A stretch of DNA of 64,000 nucleotides from Flectonema sp. DT1601 (Eukaryota): the NCBI GenBank assembly GCA_964019425.1, contig OZ025805.1, positions 62,001 through 126,000 on the forward strand, read 5' to 3'. Position numbers and translations under genes: made by a program. The notes under the pieces were generated by a model. It was not told the origin of the DNA and ran no database searches. It worked only from the letters and a program-made list of their open reading frames with translations. Below, one piece after another: positions 57,054-64,000 of this stretch (positions within the stretch are counted from its first letter, which is position 1; each line of letters opens with the position of its first letter).

Positions 57054-57795
57054 AATTCTTTTTTTTTTTTTTTTTTTTTTAAAAAAAATTTCCTCAAAAT
57101 TTATTTTGTCTTTTTGGTTGATAACTGCATTGGGGGAAAAAATTAAAAAAAATCATCTGTTGCGTGAAGGTATTGATTCATTTTTTCCACTACAGCAAAA
57201 ACATTAAATATCTCATTTCCTGTATTACTAAAATAAAAATAGTTACTTACCTCTCTCGTAGTTCAGGTCTCAAGTACCAACGTATTATACATAAGAGAAA
57301 GTTACTATTTAAAAAAAAAAAAAAAAAAAAAATGTGAATACGAATCACTGTGTAAAAGAAAAGACAAAAAAAAAAAATAATAATAAACGCCCCTCCCGTT
57401 AGTCTTGTTGATGCTGTTGTTGTTATGAAGCCACGGGAGGGGCAAACCTTTAGTAATGTGGTATCTGGTGTCTATCGTTTTTTTTTTTTTTTTTTTTTAA
57501 CATGGGGAAAAGAGAGAGCAAAAAGCCATATTTCGACCCTGTCAAGGGAGAGTATAGCTTTGCACAAAAAAAAAAAAAAAAAGACTTTTTGTAGTTTTTT
57601 TTCGTTAAACGCGGACAGAATCCTGTCGTCCACACGAAGGGGGAAAAAAACAAAATCATGAACCACAAGAAAAAAATAATGGGCTTTTTTTTTTTTTTTT
57701 TTTTTTTTTTTCAATCTGAATAGTTTCTTCTATGAATTATGACGGTATAAAAATATATATTATATTTACAACAAATTTTGAACAACAACAAAGAA

Positions 57796-60700
57796 TCACG
57801 TGCTCAACATACAAAAAGCAGCAGCTCCTCTCATGACCCAATGCTCTGATGAGATCTTGTCACCAATCGGAAAACTGAAATTCATAATATAATTAGTGGA
57901 CAACCCTGTAGTACTTAGGATTCCTGATCTAGTTAAAGCTTTATAAAGAGGACATTCATAACGACAAGGCTGCGGAGGAGTTGTTTTTAATATTGGTAGC
58001 AACCACAGAGCTGGGATGTCACTGAATAGCTGTCCAGGTATTGATTCAGCGACTTCTTGTTTTTGAGAGTCCCATCTCGCTCCTTCAAAATAAAATCCAA
58101 TCATACAGCAACCATCAGGGGGTGCTTCGGTTATTTCTGATAGTTTTGTTTCAGATCTAATCGTGACACTGAGTTTCAATTCATCAATAGGAATGGTGTG
58201 TTTTCTCGAATGCGTTTGTAAAACACCAGTCAAATATCCCTGTGGAAAGAACAACCCAGGAAGCCAATAACACTTTGGCATTCCGTTATAACACCATTCT
58301 CTGATAAATTCTATTCGTTTAATCATATCGACATACCATGCTTGTAAAGGTTTTAAACATAGGTATGCAACTTTTTCCCAATTTGGAGGAACTTTTCCAA
58401 ACAAAAAACTGTTTTGCATCATTTCTAAAGAAGCAGACAACACCACTTCACCAGTGATCGCTCTTTTTAATTCTTTTAAAGAAGACATTAAAATTCTTAA
58501 CAGGAGATTGAACTGATCAACTTCTTGTCCAAGTACCGTACCAAGTGAAATCATAGATCCAGTTTCCGTAATTTGAAACACGTCAGGATGAGCTTTGTTT
58601 TTATTAATTTGCTCTGGACACCGAGCGATAAAGTCTTCAGCAAGATCCCAAACAACGTTGTCGTTCGATGACCCTCCAGCTGATCCTCCTGCTTTAGGTT
58701 GAACGTTAACAATTGTCGTCATCAATGTGTTGCTTTCCTTTGCTTGAAATGTTATACTAGCATTTGATGGTAATCCAAATAAAGTAGGATCCTCATAAAG
58801 AGGAAGGTTTTCAAGCTGTTGAATAACATCGGAGTGAGAATCAGATTGCTGCGGAGGCTTGTAGTTACCGCTTTCATCGTAGCCGTAGTCACCTCCAAAT
58901 AATTCCATGTTGAAGTATTTTGATATGAAAGTATTCAAAAGCCTGCTATCGAGGAAATCTGTCACCCTACCTCCGTAGTTAATAACTCCAATAGTGTAAC
59001 GAACTGCCGGCCAAGGGATGTCCTCAAAGTCAGTTGTACACAGTCTGATGGTTTTTATACTTGCTGCGAGATCTGGTCCAGACCAATCATAAGAAATATT
59101 CCATCCCAAGGCACCAAATTTCCTCCTTTCTTGGATAAGACCGTGAAAGAACACCAACGTGAATATTAATCTCTTCCATTCAAGGCTTTTTTTCTCTCCT
59201 TGAGATGATTGTTCTTCCCAGAGCTCTTCACCGAGAGCAGAAAAATTATCTTTTAAGTTGGCACGGAGACCTTTTGGAGGTTCTTTTGTCAGTTTGAGTC
59301 CAACTTGTAACACTGGTACAGGAAATGACGGTGACGGGTTGCTCGTCAACCACAATCGAAAATCCGGTGAAACCTGTCCAGATGAAGCCTTTGCCTGCAA
59401 ATCTTCCATTATTTTTTCCAACTGAGGCATCCATGAAGTGTAAACGTGACAGTTTTGTAGATACACCCATTCACCCTCAGTTCGAGCTCGTTCGATCATC
59501 GCCTGAGCTTTTGGACCTTGATCTTGACCAAGAGAAAGCATTGCTAACTTTGTTGGATCGTATCCTTGTTCCTTCGCAAAACTCGTATAAATAACAGTTG
59601 GGTCTGTTCCTGTTGATAACACGAAGATGATTGGACAAGTGTTGCTCGAATCAGCGAATACCTCACTTAACTTAAATGGAGGTGATTCTGTGTAGGCTTT
59701 ACCCATCATTGATGCGACTGTTTTAGGAATTCCAAACAAACACTTTTCAGGTCGGAGTGCTCTCAATATGAGAAGTTTCTTCCATTCAGATAAAGAAGCA
59801 GCAGATCCAGGATACTGAGCGTCTTGTGGTTTCTCATCAGTAATCCATGAAGACCAGTTGTTATTTGTTGATAATTCTTCAGGTAGGAATTCGAATCCGG
59901 GAATAGTCGCAAGCGACGTCAGAGTTTCCCAATTAGAGTTCAACGAGACGCAACTTGGCTTCGGAAGGAGCTCTCCTCGAGATGAAGCTGCACCTCTCAA
60001 AAAGAAATTCCATTCATCATCAGGAATGTCACCAGTGTCTTGATGGATGTGATGGGTCATAAGAAATGCGAATATAATCTTATCCTTCTCAAAGAGACCT
60101 CTACAAATCGCATTGAAAGTAGCGATCGTAATAATTGGAACTAAATTTATAACACGTTCCTCAACACAATCAGATTGAGGAGTTTTTAGTATAGTAGAGG
60201 TGTACAGTGATTTATAAAATCCTAAGCTATATTGGTACATGTGATCGATGTTCGCAATGTCCGCGATAGTCGCGTACAGCAACGATCCCCTCGCCGCGAC
60301 TGGTCGATATTTTTCAGAGGCATCTCCGATTTCTTTACTTGTAATCTCAGCCTCTGCCAACGCATTAGTAACTTCATTACTCGTTACTTTCGAATCTGAA
60401 AGAGTTTGAATCAAATCGAGGTTGTCTAAAATATCACCCGTAGCTTCAGTTAGCATTTGTAAGATTTTATGTTGAATGTCATTTAGTGTTTTCTGACCTT
60501 CAGAGATTTGTAACACAACGTTGTCTTTATTCTCTGCAAGGTCAGCTCTCTCGACAAGAACGACGTCGTTGAGAAGCTGATCTTCCAGTCCTTTTGTTGT
60601 GACTGTGAAGTTAACGATTGCTACTTTGATCTGTAGCTCTGGTGAGTATGTCGGATTTGGTAATTTTGTTGTTAAATACAGTCTGAAGTTGTCATCGTAA

Positions 60701-63700
60701 TCGACTTCATTCTCACCTAATTTAACAACGTTTCGACCACCACTTTTGTAAACTTGTTTTAGAAGAACCGGATCTAAGGCGGCGTCTAACTCTTCGCTGA
60801 TATTTTCGAGTAAAACTGGTCTTCCTATTCTGATGTTTTGTTCTAATTGTTGCATGAATTTATCTTGCGAGAGTTTTAATACTTTTAGTTGGTTTGCAGC
60901 TTCTTTTTTTTTTATAAAACTGTTGGCTTGTCCTTGGGGATCAATCATCAAACACCAACGTTGAGAACGAGCTAGGATTGCTCCATTCTCTATGCTGAAT
61001 GGATCAGCTGGTAGTCCCCATAAAAGCCATTGACGTTTATCAACTTCCTCTGTTATGGAATCGAGTGAGAAGTTTTCTGTTACTGGAATTTGAAGTTGGT
61101 GGCACTTTTCAGTCCATTCTTGAACGATTTCCCTTCGAAATGCTGATGGAAAAGGACCGACGTAAGCGACTGATCCAGAGGCTAGAAGCATTGTTCCAAC
61201 TAATTTGTGTTTATTCTTTTCTAAGATCGCAACGTTTTCTTTCCAACGACCTGCTTCTCCTGCTAGCCCACCAAGAAGCTGATCAGCTCTGTCAAGTTTT
61301 GCAATCGCATCTCTCTTTTGAAGTTCTAAAGATTCTTTTTTTTGGATCGTATCCTCCGCATCGCTCTCCAGTTTTGCTACTTTTGCATTAACTTCATTTA
61401 AGGCTTTCTGTTTGACTTCGAGTTCTGCTTTTGCCTGTTCCAGTTTCGACTGTGCAGCCGTCAATGCTTCTTTCTTTGGTCCTAGATCTCTTGTAACCCA
61501 GTAGTAGTTATCGATTGCTCTAGCCCACATGCACATTGATTTACAGGCATTTGATGATTGACCGATGCTTTCGGGAGTGAATCCAGAGTCTTTAATAAAA
61601 ACTTGAAGTTTCTTAATGACCTTTGAGTCGATGTTATCTTTATCAAACTCTTCTAACTTTTTAAAGAATCTCGTATCAGTCATAAATTGTTTGGCTGTAC
61701 TCCAATCTAATTTTGAAGCACCCAGTAGAAGGATGACAGCGCACATGGTCTTTTCAACAGCCTCAGGTGGTTTGGCATATGATTTTATTTGGTCAATATC
61801 CTTTTTTTCAAGGGTTTTTAACGCTTCCTGAGCCTGAAAGAATACCGGCATTGCCTTGTCAAGACCAGCTTGGCATTCTGCTCTAATCTGCTCTGCCTCA
61901 CCCATGATCACATGGCATTTTGTTTCTTCAACTTCGACAACGGCTTTGACTTTTCCTGCTTCTTCTTTTCCTTTGGAGATTTCTCTGCCTTGGAGTTCTG
62001 CTTCGCGAGAGGCTTTTTCAAGTTTAGGTTGCATGTCTTGCAATTCTTTTTTTAGTTTTTTAACCATTTCAGAGGTGCTAGCGAGTTTGTCAAGACCTGA
62101 CTGGAATCTTTCTAGCTGTCTGTCAGTGTTGCTGGTACTCTCTTCTAACATAGTGAGATATGATGCAATGAGAGAAAGATAGCTTGTTGGAGTCGTGAAG
62201 TTCCTCCGTCTTAGAGAATTCCACATACTCTCAGAACGTTGTTCAATTGTCGTGTGCATTACTACACACATATCACCCAGAGTCTCCATTCGTTGGCTGA
62301 TTGTTTCTTTACATCCTCCAGTTGCTTTTTGAAATAATCTTTTAGCAACTTGTTTCAATGCTAATGATGGCCATTTAGTAAACCAATCAATAGTCATGCA
62401 GTTTACCAGAGATGGAAACATTCGGAGTCTGTTACGAAATTGATCACCGATAGGACTAACACAAAATATAACATGAAGATTATCTCTAACTAACTGTATG
62501 TAATAACGTATAATTGATCTTCTGTTGTCTGACGAACATCTTTCTCTAGTTGCGTTTATTATCCTTTCATAGTCTTCATTTTGATAGATATTAGGTACAT
62601 CACCAACATTCAAAACACTGTTGATATCTTCCAAGAATTGTTCACAGACGATTTGAGTATCTGCGAACAAGAACACGACCGGACTTCCTGAACAACCTGC
62701 TTCCAGCAATAATCCCTTTAAATCGTCTCTAAACTGTTGAACACCATAGCTCCGTGATACACTAATTTGAAGACATTTTTGACCACATATGAAAGCAGCT
62801 AGTTCAGTAATTGAGTGTCGACCAGATCCACCAACACCAACAAGGAGAGCGTTTCCTCGTGGCTGTCGAAGGATTCTACACATTCTGGTTAAGTGTTGTA
62901 TCGCATCATCGAACATAACGAGATCGATTTCTTTTGATGTTTGAACACCAAAGTCGATTTGATAATCTGCCAGTACCTCCTGCATATTAATAATCGTTGG
63001 ATCAATTTCTTTGTATGAATCACTTTTAATGTCTCCCCAGGATCCGAATAACATACTCTTCCAATCATTCGGAACTTCTTGTTTTAGATGTTTTCGAGTA
63101 ATTTCTGAAACACATTCCCACCACCATGATCTGTCTTCTTCACTGATCAGTCTATCATGAAATACTCTGCTGGTTTCATGAACGAATACTTTTGCTACTT
63201 GGACTGGGGTGTTCATGTTGGCTGTTTCAATCATCAGGAGTCCTTGAATTACTTTCGATAAGTCTCTTAAGTTAAACGTGTAATGAATTTTCAACGGAGT
63301 CGGAAGCATCTCGACTGAAATTTTTTGAAAGATATTAATAGTCGCAGCGACAACACTCCCCGCCATCGATCTAACTTCAGACGGAAACGATGACAAAAAA
63401 CCAGCTAAAATAGAAGTGAAAATAGCAGTCATACTCCCCACTGATAATAAAGGAACAGTCAAACAGTGAAAATGAGTTGTCAGTCGAGGAGTCATTTCGT
63501 GTTTACCTCCTCCAGGGGGTCCGCAGCAAGCGATGCAAATAACATCTCGAACTTCTTTGTAAATATCTTTTTTACGACGGTCGAAAAATCCTCCTTCACT
63601 CTCACCTGATGGGTTCATACCTCTTTGAAGCATTTGTCTTAGGAGTTCTAGTGGAGGAGAGGCGCCGTACTTCTCAGGCTCAGGCATGTTTGCGTCATCC

Positions 63701-64000
63701 ACTAAAAGGATACATCGTTTGCCTGGTGCTGCTCCAAGTAGCGTGTTTTTCTTCTTCGTCAGATTCGCTTCAATAAACTCTTGCAAATTAACAGCTGATG
63801 TCTGAGCTGAGAACGACATACTCGCTGACTGCCACGGCGCATTCGGATCCTCAGATTTCAAAACCTCGTTGAGAGCGAAATTAATAGTAGCCGACTTCCC
63901 TACTCCAGTAACACCGTTAACAAGAACATGTCTATTTACTGAAAGCAAATAGACAACATGTTGTCTTAAAATAGCCGTATCCGGGGTTTGAACTAACATG
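57796..64000 (-). CDS. Axonemal dynein heavy chain, 3' part (AAA3 to C-terminus)
   Basis: GVTGVGKS, PEKYGASPPLELLRQ, GNALLVGVGGSGR, stalk/MTBD, LMIDPQGQAN, WVYLQNCH, HWVMRGAA; open to the window edge. Confidence 0.97.
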   Translation of the reverse strand, partial: MLVQTPDTAILRQHVVYLLSVNRHVLVNGVTGVGKSATINFALNEVLKSEDPNAPWQSASMSFSAQTSAVNLQEFIEANLTKKKNTLLGAAPGKRCILLVDDANMPEPEKYGASPPLELLRQMLQRGMNPSGESEGGFFDRRKKDIYKEVRDVICIACCGPPGGGKHEMTPRLTTHFHCLTVPLLSVGSMTAIFTSILAGFLSSFPSEVRSMAGSVVAATINIFQKISVEMLPTPLKIHYTFNLRDLSKVIQGLLMIETANMNTPVQVAKVFVHETSRVFHDRLISEEDRSWWWECVSEITRKHLKQEVPNDWKSMLFGSWGDIKSDSYKEIDPTIINMQEVLADYQIDFGVQTSKEIDLVMFDDAIQHLTRMCRILRQPRGNALLVGVGGSGRHSITELAAFICGQKCLQISVSRSYGVQQFRDDLKGLLLEAGCSGSPVVFLFADTQIVCEQFLEDINSVLNVGDVPNIYQNEDYERIINATRERCSSDNRRSIIRYYIQLVRDNLHVIFCVSPIGDQFRNRLRMFPSLVNCMTIDWFTKWPSLALKQVAKRLFQKATGGCKETISQRMETLGDMCVVMHTTIEQRSESMWNSLRRRNFTTPTSYLSLIASYLTMLEESTSNTDRQLERFQSGLDKLASTSEMVKKLKKELQDMQPKLEKASREAELQGREISKGKEEAGKVKAVVEVEETKCHVIMGEAEQIRAECQAGLDKAMPVFFQAQEALKTLEKKDIDQIKSYAKPPEAVEKTMCAVILLLGASKLDWSTAKQFMTDTRFFKKLEEFDKDNIDSKVIKKLQVFIKDSGFTPESIGQSSNACKSMCMWARAIDNYYWVTRDLGPKKEALTAAQSKLEQAKAELEVKQKALNEVNAKVAKLESDAEDTIQKKESLELQKRDAIAKLDRADQLLGGLAGEAGRWKENVAILEKNKHKLVGTMLLASGSVAYVGPFPSAFRREIVQEWTEKCHQLQIPVTENFSLDSITEEVDKRQWLLWGLPADPFSIENGAILARSQRWCLMIDPQGQANSFIKKKEAANQLKVLKLSQDKFMQQLEQNIRIGRPVLLENISEELDAALDPVLLKQVYKSGGRNVVKLGENEVDYDDNFRLYLTTKLPNPTYSPELQIKVAIVNFTVTTKGLEDQLLNDVVLVERADLAENKDNVVLQISEGQKTLNDIQHKILQMLTEATGDILDNLDLIQTLSDSKVTSNEVTNALAEAEITSKEIGDASEKYRPVAARGSLLYATIADIANIDHMYQYSLGFYKSLYTSTILKTPQSDCVEERVINLVPIITIATFNAICRGLFEKDKIIFAFLMTHHIHQDTGDIPDDEWNFFLRGAASSRGELLPKPSCVSLNSNWETLTSLATIPGFEFLPEELSTNNNWSSWITDEKPQDAQYPGSAASLSEWKKLLILRALRPEKCLFGIPKTVASMMGKAYTESPPFKLSEVFADSSNTCPIIFVLSTGTDPTVIYTSFAKEQGYDPTKLAMLSLGQDQGPKAQAMIERARTEGEWVYLQNCHVYTSWMPQLEKIMEDLQAKASSGQVSPDFRLWLTSNPSPSFPVPVLQVGLKLTKEPPKGLRANLKDNFSALGEELWEEQSSQGEKKSLEWKRLIFTLVFFHGLIQERRKFGALGWNISYDWSGPDLAASIKTIRLCTTDFEDIPWPAVRYTIGVINYGGRVTDFLDSRLLNTFISKYFNMELFGGDYGYDESGNYKPPQQSDSHSDVIQQLENLPLYEDPTLFGLPSNASITFQAKESNTLMTTIVNVQPKAGGSAGGSSNDNVVWDLAEDFIARCPEQINKNKAHPDVFQITETGSMISLGTVLGQEVDQFNLLLRILMSSLKELKRAITGEVVLSASLEMMQNSFLFGKVPPNWEKVAYLCLKPLQAWYVDMIKRIEFIREWCYNGMPKCYWLPGLFFPQGYLTGVLQTHSRKHTIPIDELKLSVTIRSETKLSEITEAPPDGCCMIGFYFEGARWDSQKQEVAESIPGQLFSDIPALWLLPILKTTPPQPCRYECPLYKALTRSGILSTTGLSTNYIMNFSFPIGDKISSEHWVMRGAAAFCMLST

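Noticed and set aside
57244..57275. ACTTACCT resembling the U1 snRNA 5' end
   Set aside because: No U1 stem-loops or Sm site follow; it is more simply a minus-strand GTAAGT donor-like sequence.

Overview
AT-rich eukaryotic genomic DNA, most likely a euglenozoan (diplonemid-like; inferred). All recognisable host genes lie on the minus strand like one polycistronic unit, several have short GT-AG introns, and the CoA-transferase begins with an 'MRR' mitochondrial-type presequence. Host genes: caspase-like ORF (edge), family III CoA-transferase, RPB5, kelch protein, Tudor/PDZ-like protein, capping protein beta fused to WW-WW-SAM, MAP2K, coiled-coil membrane protein, EamA transporter, ADSS, two CKS1 paralogues, bacterial-type asd, DnaJ, a 4x ~2.34-kb tandem array of a type-I membrane protein gene, coiled-coil/PDZ protein, PRMT-SET fusion and an axonemal dynein heavy chain. 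Two mobile-element clusters stand out. (1) 48.6-54.3 kb: one ubiquitin-like/LRR gene is interrupted three times at the same 20-bp motif of its LRR repeat. Two insertions are copies of a ~695-bp non-coding element whose first 72 nt fold as an HDV-like ribozyme; the third is a 5'-truncated RT element with a triple Cys/His C-terminal repeat. This looks like a site-specific LINE/SINE pair that targets LRR-coding repeats. (2) 2.7-9.9 kb: two different RT-RNase H LINEs with TSDs and poly(A) tails are stacked immediately upstream of tRNA-Thr(UGU), and both carry a ~100-120 aa insertion (PDZ-like in one) inside the RT domain.
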